Below are positions 26,959 to 34,632 of a DNA stretch of 64,000 nucleotides, piece after piece. A program made the position numbers and the translations under genes. Source of the stretch: a virus. The stretch lies in IMG/VR virus record IMGVR_UViG_3300032003_000001, positions 1 to 64,000 of that record. One strand, written 5' to 3'. Within the stretch, counting starts at the first letter, position 1; every line of letters starts with the position of its first letter. The notes under the pieces are model-generated. The model ran no database searches. It saw only the letters and a program-made list of their open reading frames with translations, and was not told the origin of the DNA.

Positions 26959-27221
26959 CGGGTGCCTGCCCGCTGCAACTCGCGAACCTTGTCGTAGGCG
27001 CGACGACCCAGCCGGATCCGGGTGCCCCGCCCGCGGCAGCGGGGGCAAAGCGCGACGCCGCGGAAGCGCACCAGCAGCCAGACGATCACGGCCGGTCCGC
27101 GCCGACGGCGGACCATCGCCCCCCGGCAGGACCGGCACCGCACGAGCGGCCGGCCCGCGCAGAGGGCGGCATACCAGCCTCCGGCGAGCACCGCGAGGAG
27201 GACAAGGGCAGCGACGCGCAT
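26955..27221 (-). CDS. membrane-anchored CxxC...CxxC zinc-ribbon protein
   Basis: 88 aa from ATG 27221 (GTG 27224 is an alternative). N-terminal TM segment, RCRSCRG and CPRCRGRG. Confidence 0.5.
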   Translation of the reverse strand: MRVAALVLLAVLAGGWYAALCAGRPLVRCRSCRGAMVRRRRGPAVIVWLLVRFRGVALCPRCRGRGTRIRLGRRAYDKVRELQRAGTR

Positions 27222-27243
27222 CACTGGGACACCGCCATGATCT

Positions 27244-27396
27244 GTTGCGGCACAGCCGCAACATGTCGCGCGGCGGCTACATGATCCGCAACAGCTGTGA
27301 CCTGCACAAACAGGCCGCTGTTGCGTGTAGCGGCACCGCGCCGCAGAAGCCCGAACCCAGAAGACGGGCGCCGCGACGGGCAGGTCGAGCCGCAAC
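27244..27396. repeat. five copies of GCCGCAAC / GTTGCGGC 8-mers directly 3' of the translocase gene (clt-like)
   Basis: Copies at 27244-51 (inverted), 27255-62, 27285-92 (TCCGCAAC), 27320-27 (inverted, GTTGCGTG) and 27389-96. Confidence 0.6.
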
Positions 27397-27398
27397 CG

Positions 27399-29513
27399 CT
27401 ACACACCGGACACCTCCTGCCGGCGGCGCTGCGCCGCGTCCACGTCTTTCGCCTTCGCGCCCTTCACGACCCGGCTCCCGTCCTCCCTGTCCCGCCCGTC
27501 GACCGACGGCACGGACAACGCGCGCAGCTTCGCCGAGACCGAATCCGGGGTGGCGTCCGCGTAGTGCTCCGGCATCCGCTCTGCGAGCCGGCCAGCGAGC
27601 TGCGACCAGGACAGCCACGCCTCGCCGCCCCGGTACACGCCCCGGGCGTCGACAAGCACGTCGCGGATCTGCCGCGCCACCGCCTCGCCGGCCGCCTCGC
27701 CGGTGAGCAGGCCGAGCCGCTCCCGGTGCGCCCGGGCGGCGGTAAGGATGACCTCGACGTCCTCCCGGTCGGCCAGGTGGAAACGCGTCAGTGGGGTGTC
27801 GTCGGTGGCCCCGTAGAGGTAGCCGACGCCGCGGTACTCCAGGCCGGTCGGTAGGGCGGACGCGTCGTAGCCTTCCTGGTAGGCGTCCCCGCCGAGGACC
27901 GCGATGGACACGTCGCGGTTGCCGCACCTCAGCGCGATCCGCACGGTGTGGTTGTCGCGGTAGCGGTTGAACAGGCGGCCCACGTCGCCGGCGCCGACGC
28001 CGGACGGCTTCTGTGAGCAACTGACCAGGATCACCCCAGCTGACGGGCCGACCGCCATGATGAAGCTGAGCAGGCCGGCGAGTTCCTTGTTGACGTCCTG
28101 GTCGTCGGTCTCGAAGTAGACCTGGAACTCCTCGATCACCAGCAGCCATACCCGCAGGTCCGGGTACCGGGGATCCCGGGAGAGTTCCTCGGTGAGCTTG
28201 CCCTCCGGGCACATGTCGACCGGCAGCGACGACAGCAGCTCGTTCACCCGCACGATGTGCGCCTTCACGTGCTTGAGCAGGTCCAGGAGGTTCTCGATCG
28301 GGTCGCCGTCCCGGTTCGGTGTCGTTCCGTAGATCATCCGATCGGCGACCAGGGCGAACTGCCGCCAGTCCGGGCTGTTCTTGCCGTCCACTACGAAGAT
28401 GCGCACGTAGGGATCCAGCGCCGCGTACAGCGCCATCAGCCGCGCAGTGAACGTCTTGCCCTTACGCGGCTGGGCGCCGACCAGGATCGACACCCACAGC
28501 AGGAACAGCTCGACCCGGCGAGCCCGCTCGTCGAGGCCCATGAAGAACGGCTGCCAGATGTTGCGCTGCTTCCCGTCGAGCAGCGGGGTCCGCCCGGCCG
28601 GCACGGCGAGCGGGTCCTCGTCGGCGACCCACAGCACGTGCCGCCGGTGCGAGGACCGGTCCTTGAGGAGGAAGACCTGGTAGATGCTGACGTCCAGACC
28701 GGAGGCGATCTTCCCCTTGGCTTTGACCGCGTCGTCGAAGGTGGTGCCGAACGGCAAGTCGACCACCACGCGGGAACCGTCACCGTCGCGGCTCATCACC
28801 GATCCGAACTCGACCTTCTGCCCCGGCTTGTCCGGGTGCCCCAGCCCGGCGGCGTAGTAGGCGCGCAGCACGATGTCGGAGTTCAGCCTCCGGAACCGCG
28901 GCGTGACCACCGCCGGGTTGATGATGCGCCGATCCGCCGGCCGCCCCATGCGCGCGAGCACGGGCATCGCCGCCGCGCCGAGCAGCCACTGCGCCCAGCC
29001 CGGCGCAGCCAAGTACGCGCAGCTGCCGGCGGCGGAGACCGGGAGGATGCCACCGCACACCACGATCCCGCGCCACAGCCGCGCCGCGCGCAGCCGCGCC
29101 TCGACCCGCAGCGCCGTGTCGACATCCCCGCCGCTGACCGCCAGCTGGAACCCGGCGGACAACTCGGGATGGAACCACCAGCCGGCGGTCCGGGCGACCA
29201 GCCGCCACGCCCCCCGCGGCGCGTAGACCGCGGCCAGCGGCAGGTACCGCACCGGTGTGCGCACGCCGTGGTACGCCGCCCGGTGCCCGAGCAGGCGGCC
29301 ATGCCTACGTAGCGACCTGCGGATGTTCTCCGTACCGCGCCATGCCGACGGGACGACCGGCAGCAGGTCGAGGCCCTTGGGTGCAACATCGACAAGCTTC
29401 GGGCCGTGCTCGACCGGCGGGTCGTCCAGCTCCACCTCGAAGCTGGTGTCGAACTGCTCCTTCGGCGGCTTCTCCGGGTCGAACGGCCCGAGGATCTCCG
29501 GCTCCGTGGTCAA
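27399..29513 (-). CDS. FtsK/SpoIIIE-family DNA translocase, TraB-like
   Basis: 704 aa, TTG start after GAGGAG. N-terminal TM region, Walker A GAQPRKGKT, Walker B VWLLVIEEF. Confidence 0.85.
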   Translation of the reverse strand: MTTEPEILGPFDPEKPPKEQFDTSFEVELDDPPVEHGPKLVDVAPKGLDLLPVVPSAWRGTENIRRSLRRHGRLLGHRAAYHGVRTPVRYLPLAAVYAPRGAWRLVARTAGWWFHPELSAGFQLAVSGGDVDTALRVEARLRAARLWRGIVVCGGILPVSAAGSCAYLAAPGWAQWLLGAAAMPVLARMGRPADRRIINPAVVTPRFRRLNSDIVLRAYYAAGLGHPDKPGQKVEFGSVMSRDGDGSRVVVDLPFGTTFDDAVKAKGKIASGLDVSIYQVFLLKDRSSHRRHVLWVADEDPLAVPAGRTPLLDGKQRNIWQPFFMGLDERARRVELFLLWVSILVGAQPRKGKTFTARLMALYAALDPYVRIFVVDGKNSPDWRQFALVADRMIYGTTPNRDGDPIENLLDLLKHVKAHIVRVNELLSSLPVDMCPEGKLTEELSRDPRYPDLRVWLLVIEEFQVYFETDDQDVNKELAGLLSFIMAVGPSAGVILVSCSQKPSGVGAGDVGRLFNRYRDNHTVRIALRCGNRDVSIAVLGGDAYQEGYDASALPTGLEYRGVGYLYGATDDTPLTRFHLADREDVEVILTAARAHRERLGLLTGEAAGEAVARQIRDVLVDARGVYRGGEAWLSWSQLAGRLAERMPEHYADATPDSVSAKLRALSVPSVDGRDREDGSRVVKGAKAKDVDAAQRRRQEVSGV

Positions 29514-29538
29514 CTAGCGTCTCCTCGATCAGGGGGGA

Positions 29539-29586
29539 GCGGGGTGCGGTCAGGGACCCCTACCAAAGGACAGGACCGCACCCCGC
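29539..29586 (-). promoter_or_regulatory. 13-bp perfect inverted repeat just upstream of the translocase gene
   Basis: GCGGGGTGCGGTC (29539-29551) and GACCGCACCCCGC (29574-29586), 22-nt loop. Confidence 0.45.
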
Positions 29587-29592
29587 GGTCTC

Positions 29593-29727
29593 CTACTGCG
29601 ACCGCTCGACGCGGTCAGCCAATCGATCGGTCCGCGCTGCAACGTCCTTCAGCCCGGCCTCCCGGTACGTCTCGGCGTCCTTGCGCAGACGCTCGGCCCG
29701 CTGTGCCGCGGTCTCGGTGTCCGCCAT
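29593..29727 (-). CDS. 44-aa helical protein (below the track cutoff)
   Basis: Hand-translated MADTETAAQRAERLRKDAETYREAGLKDVAARTDRLADRVERSQ. TGATG overlap and high GC3. Confidence 0.4.
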   Translation of the reverse strand: MADTETAAQRAERLRKDAETYREAGLKDVAARTDRLADRVERSQ

Positions 29728-29903
29728 CACTGCCTCGCCAGCCGGGCGCGGTTGTCCGCCGCCGCGGCCTCCAGCTCTTCGCGGTGCCGGGCGGGCAATG
29801 CGCGCAACGCGTCCTGGCCGGCCTGGGTCTTGCGTGCGTCCCGCAACATCGCCGCCGCGGCGGCGTTCAGGACGTCCCTGCTGGTCTGCTCGTCGTTAGC
29901 CAT
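29727..29903 (-). CDS. 58-aa helical protein (below the track cutoff)
   Basis: Hand-translated MANDEQTSRDVLNAAAAAMLRDARKTQAGQDALRALPARHREELEAAAADNRARLARQ. GGGGAG SD. Confidence 0.45.
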   Translation of the reverse strand: MANDEQTSRDVLNAAAAAMLRDARKTQAGQDALRALPARHREELEAAAADNRARLARQ

Positions 29904-29918
29904 CTCTCGATCTCCCCT

Positions 29919-30719
29919 TTACTCCGTGCGGACCGTCGTGGTCCGCCTCGATGTCGCCTTCGCTGCGGCAACCGCTGGCTTGGGCGCGGCGAGCGCATCC
30001 CGGATCGGCTTGGTCAACCGCTCGTAGGTGCGCTGCTTCGACTCCGGCAGCTGGAGTTCCGTCACGATCCGCGCCGCTGTCGCTCCTTCGGCGGCGAGGA
30101 GAACAGCGCGCGCCTGGAGCAGCACCTCGGCCGCTTCCTCCTGGGCCGCTTCCTCTTCCTCGACCCGGGCCTGTTCCGACAGCTCTTTGATCTTGTCGCG
30201 GCGGCGGTCGAGATGACGGCGCACCACGATCAGCACGTGCAACGCGACTGCTGACAGCGCCGGCCACACCGCGGCCCCGGCAACCGCGCTGACCTGCTGA
30301 TATCCCCAGGTGAACCGCTCATGCGACACGGTAGCGACACGATCCAGCACCCAGAAGGCGGAGATCGCGTTACCGCCGACGCTCAGCAGCACCGTCAACC
30401 CGAACGCCAGCCAGCAGTACGACCGGACCCGCCAGGGTGCGTCATGGGTCAGGAACGTGGCGAGCAGGCCCACGATGGAGAACACGTCCAGGCCGATCGG
30501 GGCCACCCCGCACAGCCACGGCGACCACGCCATGATCCGTTCACCGAAGGTGAACAGGCCGTGGTACGACATCGCGAATGCGATCACCAACACGCCCAGG
30601 AACGCCGCCACGATCGCCGGCCAGAGAGCAGCCAGGTCACCGGCGAGCAGGGGGGCGTACCACGTGTGGCGCGCCTCTGGCTCGCTGTGTGCTTCCTGAT
30701 CTGCGACAGCCTGCGTCAT
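29919..30719 (-). CDS. DUF2637-like polytopic membrane protein with charged coiled-coil tail
   Basis: 266 aa. About 4 TM helices, then EQARVEEEEAAQEEAAE. This architecture accompanies TraB in actinomycete conjugative elements. Confidence 0.6.
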   Translation of the reverse strand: MTQAVADQEAHSEPEARHTWYAPLLAGDLAALWPAIVAAFLGVLVIAFAMSYHGLFTFGERIMAWSPWLCGVAPIGLDVFSIVGLLATFLTHDAPWRVRSYCWLAFGLTVLLSVGGNAISAFWVLDRVATVSHERFTWGYQQVSAVAGAAVWPALSAVALHVLIVVRRHLDRRRDKIKELSEQARVEEEEAAQEEAAEVLLQARAVLLAAEGATAARIVTELQLPESKQRTYERLTKPIRDALAAPKPAVAAAKATSRRTTTVRTE

Positions 30720-30832
30720 CGCTGACCGGCCCTCCTCATCTCGTAATTACTCTGCCAATATGGCAAGGTAATGCAGGACAGGGCACCGCGACAAGATGCT
30801 GTGCCGAAATGGCAGAGAAAGGCCCTAGGATC

Positions 30833-31072
30833 ATGGCGATGCCGAGACCCAGGTGGGAGCCCAAGACCGACGAGCAGCGCGACGCGATCGCTGCCGTCGT
30901 CCAAGCGACAGCGGCCGCCACCGCCGCCGACGAGGCGCTGCGCGACGCGGTACTCGCCGCCGACCGGCTCCAGGTCCCGCGCTCCCACCTCGCCGAGGTG
31001 ACCGAGATCCCGCCGCGGACCTTCTACCGCCGCCTCGCCCAGTGGAGCGAGCCGACCGGCGCCGGAGAGTAG
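30833..31072 (+). CDS. small HTH DNA-binding protein
   Basis: Tail of track ORF 30578..31072. ATG 30809/30833/30839 are possible starts. VPRSHLAEVTEIPPRTFYRRL. Confidence 0.45.
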   Translation: MAMPRPRWEPKTDEQRDAIAAVVQATAAATAADEALRDAVLAADRLQVPRSHLAEVTEIPPRTFYRRLAQWSEPTGAGE

Positions 31073-31077
31073 GCGGG

Positions 31078-31305
31078 TCACCGCGCCGCCACACACCGCA
31101 GCAGCAGAAAATCCGCCTCACCCAGCACCCCCACGTCCACCGGCACACCCAGCGCTACGAGCACCCCCGTGAGGTGCTCGTAGGCGCAGGACATGGACCC
31201 CTGATCCGTGGACACGTCGGCGCCGGCGTGACGCAGGCGGAGCAGAACCTCGGCGAGGACCAGCGCCGGGTCGACCTCGACACGCACCAGTTCACCGCTG
31301 CGCAT
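31078..31305 (-). CDS. hypothetical 75-aa protein
   Basis: Last 75 codons of track ORF 31078..31761, from ATG 31305. 14-nt overlap with the upstream gene. Confidence 0.4.
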   Translation of the reverse strand: MRSGELVRVEVDPALVLAEVLLRLRHAGADVSTDQGSMSCAYEHLTGVLVALGVPVDVGVLGEADFLLLRCVAAR

Positions 31306-31534
31306 CGTGGACCCCCCGCCGCGGCCGGTTCGGCTCCAGCCCGGCGACGATGAGGAGCATCCGGGCGATCGCCGCCTCGTCGAGGATCCGGTCCCGCTGG
31401 TCGCGGGCGTTGTGCCAGAAGCCGCAGGGCCAACGCCCGCAACCCTGCTGGCAGCGTCTGATCCCGACGACGATCCACCAGCGGCTGGGCTGGTGCCTAC
31501 GCATGACGGCCCGGGCGGTCTCGGTGGGGTCCAT
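31292..31534 (-). CDS. Cys/Trp-rich small protein
   Basis: 80-aa track ORF with high GC3. Divergent from the XRE-TPR gene. Confidence 0.5.
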   Translation of the reverse strand: MDPTETARAVMRRHQPSRWWIVVGIRRCQQGCGRWPCGFWHNARDQRDRILDEAAIARMLLIVAGLEPNRPRRGVHDAQR

Positions 31535-31548
31535 GACGCGACGCTACG

Positions 31549-31576
31549 TATCCGTATCGCAATCAGTGATACGGAT
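31549..31576. promoter_or_regulatory. inverted repeat in the divergent intergenic region
   Basis: TATCCGTATC (31549-31558) and GATACGGAT (31568-31576). Confidence 0.45.
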
Positions 31577-31592
31577 GTGTAACGTTGGGTTC

Positions 31593-32777
31593 GTGACCTC
31601 ATCGATCGGCGAACGAATCCGCGCCCAACGCCTCGCCCGCGGCCTGTCCGCCCGCCAGGCCGCCGACTACGCCGGCATCTCGATCGCCAGCTGGAGCCGC
31701 ATCGAGAACGGCAAGCAGTCCGCCGACAACCGGTTCGTGATCGCCCGCATCGCCGGAGCACTGCGCTGCTCCGTCGCTGAACTGACCGGCCGGACCGCCG
31801 TGCCCGCCGACCGCGAGCAGGCCGAGACCGGCGGCACCGCCTACGAGCTGATGCGCGCCGTCGTCGAGGCGGACCTCACCTACACCCCCGACGGCGAACC
31901 CGGGCCGCTCGACGAGCTGGAACGCGAGTTCCACCTGATCCGTGACCTGCGGGACCGCTGCGACGATTACGCCGCCGCCCGCCGGCTGCCCGCGCTGATC
32001 CGCTCCCTGCACGCCTCCGCGTTCGGCCCGGCCAAGGCCGGCGCGCTGCGGCTGCTCGTCCGCACCCACGAGACCGCGTCGTTCGGCATCCGCTACCTGG
32101 GTGAGGCGACCGGATCGGTACTCGTCGGGGAGCGCGCCCAGCAGGCCGCCGAGCTGCTCGGCGACCCGGTGATGCTCGGCCTGGCCGCGTACTCCCGGGC
32201 GCACGCCGCCACCGGGTGCGGGCTGTACCGGCGCGCCCAACTCGTGGCCGACTCGGCGGCCGCCGAACTGGCCGCGCACGTCGACCTGCCCGACGCGCTG
32301 GAGGTCCGCGGCCAACTCCTGCTCACCGCCGCGTTCGGCGCCTACGCCCAGGGCGACGAGACGGGGGCCGCCGAGCGGATCGCGGAGGCCGAGGCCATCG
32401 CCGCCGCGACCGGGCAGACCACCACCCTCGGGCTCAACTTCGGCCCGACGAACATCCGGTTCTGGCGGGTGTCGATGGAGGCCGACGGCGGCGACCCCGG
32501 CAAGGCCGTGGCCATGGCCAACGAGACCCAGGCCGAACAGGTGGCCTCGGTCAGCCGCCGGGCCACCTTCTACCTCGACGTCGCACGGGCGCTCGCCGCG
32601 ACCGGCCGTGACCCTGAAGCCGTGCGCATGCTCGCGGCCGCTGAACGGCTCGCCCCGGCACGGACCCGGGCCAACCCGCTCGCCGCGGAGACGGTGCGGT
32701 CCCTGCTCGACCGGGCCCGCCGCCGGTCCACCGGCGAGCTGTACGGGCTGGCGGAGCGGATATCCGGACACCGGTAG
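31593..32777 (+). CDS. XRE-family HTH regulator with large helical-repeat (TPR-like) C-terminal domain
   Basis: 394 aa from GTG 31593 (ATG 31575 is an alternative). IGERIRAQRLARGLSARQAADYAGISIASWSRIENGK, followed by about 320 aa of Ala/Leu-rich helices. Confidence 0.7.
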   Translation: MTSSIGERIRAQRLARGLSARQAADYAGISIASWSRIENGKQSADNRFVIARIAGALRCSVAELTGRTAVPADREQAETGGTAYELMRAVVEADLTYTPDGEPGPLDELEREFHLIRDLRDRCDDYAAARRLPALIRSLHASAFGPAKAGALRLLVRTHETASFGIRYLGEATGSVLVGERAQQAAELLGDPVMLGLAAYSRAHAATGCGLYRRAQLVADSAAAELAAHVDLPDALEVRGQLLLTAAFGAYAQGDETGAAERIAEAEAIAAATGQTTTLGLNFGPTNIRFWRVSMEADGGDPGKAVAMANETQAEQVASVSRRATFYLDVARALAATGRDPEAVRMLAAAERLAPARTRANPLAAETVRSLLDRARRRSTGELYGLAERISGHR

Positions 32778-32825
32778 CCGATCAGCTGAGTGACCGGCTT
32801 GCCCCCTGGCGACACACTGTGTCGC

Positions 32826-33176
32826 GTGACCGTGTCCTCTACGTTCCGACGTGCGTCGATGCCTGCCGTTCTCGCCCTGGTGCTGCTCGCCGGCTGCGGC
32901 GACGACGAGCCGTCCGCCCCGAAAGGTGGCGACGGCGGCAAGCTGTCCGACGCCGCACTGAAGGACGCCTGCCACAACGCGGTCAAGGACCGCTTGAAGT
33001 CCCCGGGCACCGCCCAGTTCGGCGGGGAGTTCCTGCGCGAGGCCACCACCCCGGAGCTGGTCGGCTGGGTCGACGCGCAGAACGGCTTCGGCGCCCTGGT
33101 GCGCTCGGACTGGGTGTGCGCCGGGACGAAGACCGACGTGGGGTGGAGCGTGCAGGTGACGGTGACGCAGAAGTGA
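32826..33176 (+). CDS. lipoprotein
   Basis: Signal peptide with lipobox LLAGC. GTG 32826 or ATG 32859 as start. Confidence 0.6.
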   Translation: MTVSSTFRRASMPAVLALVLLAGCGDDEPSAPKGGDGGKLSDAALKDACHNAVKDRLKSPGTAQFGGEFLREATTPELVGWVDAQNGFGALVRSDWVCAGTKTDVGWSVQVTVTQK

Positions 33177-33532
33177 GCGATTACACGCTGGGCCAGTTGA
33201 TGCCGCAGCCTCGCCGGCGGCGGCCGAACGTCCTGCTCGCCGCGGCCCTCGGCGTGGTCGCGCTGATCGTCATCGGGGTCGGCACCATCGTCGCCGTGCA
33301 CTTCGTCGACGAGCGCACGAAGCCACCCGCCCAGGTCATCGACGGCATCCCCGCCCCCGACCCGCGCTGCGTCCACGACGTCACGGACCTCAGCCACCCA
33401 TGGATCTCCGATGGATGGTGGGCCGGTTACGTAGATGGCCAGGCGCGGCAGATGACCAGCAAGGAGGCCATGGCGTTGTCGCTGGGCGGGCACAAGGTCA
33501 ACGGCGTGTGGCTCTGCCCACCGCGGCGTTAG
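33173..33532 (+). CDS. membrane-anchored (N-terminal TM) protein
   Basis: 119 aa. GTGA overlap. RRRRPNVLLAAALGVVALIVIGVGTIVAV. Confidence 0.5.
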   Translation: MSDYTLGQLMPQPRRRRPNVLLAAALGVVALIVIGVGTIVAVHFVDERTKPPAQVIDGIPAPDPRCVHDVTDLSHPWISDGWWAGYVDGQARQMTSKEAMALSLGGHKVNGVWLCPPRR

Positions 33533-33744
33533 CGGACGTCCGCGTCCCAACCGCCCTCGACCTGGGTCCAGGCCGTAGTGACGGTGCGACCGGCCCGCCG
33601 TAGCCGTTCCTCGGCCGCCGCGCACTCGGTGCCGCGCTTAGCCTCGATCGACTCGGAGAAGAACGTCGTGCGGCCGGTGTCCCGGTCCTCGACGACCTCC
33701 AGCAACCAGGAGTCGTCGTACTCGTACCGCAGTTCAGCTCGCAT
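33529..33744 (-). CDS. hypothetical protein
   Basis: 71-aa track ORF. Confidence 0.45.
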   Translation of the reverse strand: MRAELRYEYDDSWLLEVVEDRDTGRTTFFSESIEAKRGTECAAAEERLRRAGRTVTTAWTQVEGGWDADVR

Positions 33745-33754
33745 GCCCGCCAGC

Positions 33755-33940
33755 CTATGGCGTGGTCAGGAAGCCCATCTGCGTCGTGGCGTGCCCGCAC
33801 GGCTGCAGTTCGAGCCAGGCCGGCCCGCGGTGCACCCGGTGTTGGATGGCGCCGGTGACCTCGGCGCGGCAGTGCGGGCACCTCCGCGGGGAGGACAACT
33901 CCACCGGTGGCGACGTCGGGGCGGGATCGGGTCCGGTCAT
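33755..33940 (-). CDS. small zinc-ribbon-like protein
   Basis: 61 aa from ATG 33940 after AGGAGGG. CPHC...CGH. Confidence 0.4.
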   Translation of the reverse strand: MTGPDPAPTSPPVELSSPRRCPHCRAEVTGAIQHRVHRGPAWLELQPCGHATTQMGFLTTP

Positions 33941-34112
33941 GCGGAGGCCCTCCTGGACACGAAGAAGGGACCGGGCCGGAGTTGCTCCCTGGCGGGGGGC
34001 TCCGGCCCGGGGGGCTGAAGCCCTGGCCGCCAAGCCGGGGGAAACGCCCCACTGGCAACATAGTCGGCTAAGCTGACTAAGACAACACTGTCTTGCTGCA
34101 CACAGTGAGGGC

Positions 34113-34373
34113 GTGATGATATTGGCGGGCCGCCAAGCTGGGAGTTTCGCCGTGCCCGCCGAGTACATCCGTGTCTATGAGTCCGTCGTCGCCCGGATCC
34201 GTTCCGGCGAATGGCCGCCGGGCCACCCGCTGCCGTCGATCTCCAAGCTCGCCGAGGAACTGGACACGAGCCAGACCACGGTCAAGTCCGCGTTGATGCT
34301 GCTTGGTCGGGATGGGTGGACAAGGGGACAACAGGGCAAGGCCACGTACGTGGCGGCTGATCCACCGCTCTGA
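34113..34373 (+). CDS. GntR-type winged-helix regulator (DNA-binding domain only)
   Basis: 86 aa. YESVVARIRSGEWPPGHPLPSISKLAEELDTSQTTVKSALMLLGRDGW. Confidence 0.6.
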   Translation: MMILAGRQAGSFAVPAEYIRVYESVVARIRSGEWPPGHPLPSISKLAEELDTSQTTVKSALMLLGRDGWTRGQQGKATYVAADPPL

Positions 34374-34499
34374 TCATGATGAGTTGGGCGTGAGTTTGGA
34401 TCATGAGAGTCCGTGGTAATCCCTAAGAACCCCCGAGACGGTTCGGGCAGGCCAACGCCATGATCAGCGGGGCCGCGGCAGGTCGGGGAGACGCCTGAA

Positions 34500-34549
34500 C
34501 TTCCTTGACACGGAAGAGGTCACTGGTTCAAACCCAGTATCGCCCACCA
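34500..34549 (+). other. 3' portion of tRNA-Val(GAC), from anticodon stem to CCA, not a complete gene
   Basis: CTTCC-TTGACAC-GGAAG, AGGTC, ACTGG-TTCAAAC-CCAGT, ATCGCCC-A-CCA. No matching acceptor 5' strand or D arm upstream. Confidence 0.75.
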
Positions 34550-34555
34550 GGAAAA

Positions 34556-34608
34556 ACACCGCCGATTCGCGATCTCCACGCAGAGATCATGAGTCGGCGG
34601 TGTGTTTT
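34556..34608 (+). terminator. compound hairpin followed by a T-run
   Basis: ACACCGCCGA (34556-65) pairs with TCGGCGGTGT (34594-603), then GTTTTCG. Inner hairpin GATCTC/GAGATC. Confidence 0.55.
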
Positions 34609-34632
34609 CGTAGTCGATCAATTGTCGGTGTG

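Larger units (their letters stand above)
34372..34608 (+). other. attP region: tRNA-derived core flanked by arm-type repeats
   Basis: GATCATGA(T/G) at 34372, 34399 and 34585, inverted CATGATC at 34459, core at 34500-34549. The 3' end of int is 84 nt to the right. Confidence 0.65.

Noticed and set aside
30753-30814. TGCCA-ATA-TGGCA (30753-65) and TGCC-GAAA-TGGCA (30802-14) as operators between the DUF2637-like gene and the small HTH gene
   Set aside because: The half-sites are only 4-5 bp, too short to separate from chance. I note them only as a place to look if the HTH protein is studied.
31078-31761. 227-aa minus-strand ORF
   Set aside because: Only the last 75 codons (from ATG 31305) have coding character. 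The rest overlaps the better-supported 31292..31534 gene and the intergenic operator region.
34500-34549. Functional tRNA-Val gene
   Set aside because: Only the anticodon arm through CCA is present. No complementary acceptor 5' strand (GGGCGAT) or D arm lies upstream, so I read it as the attP core.
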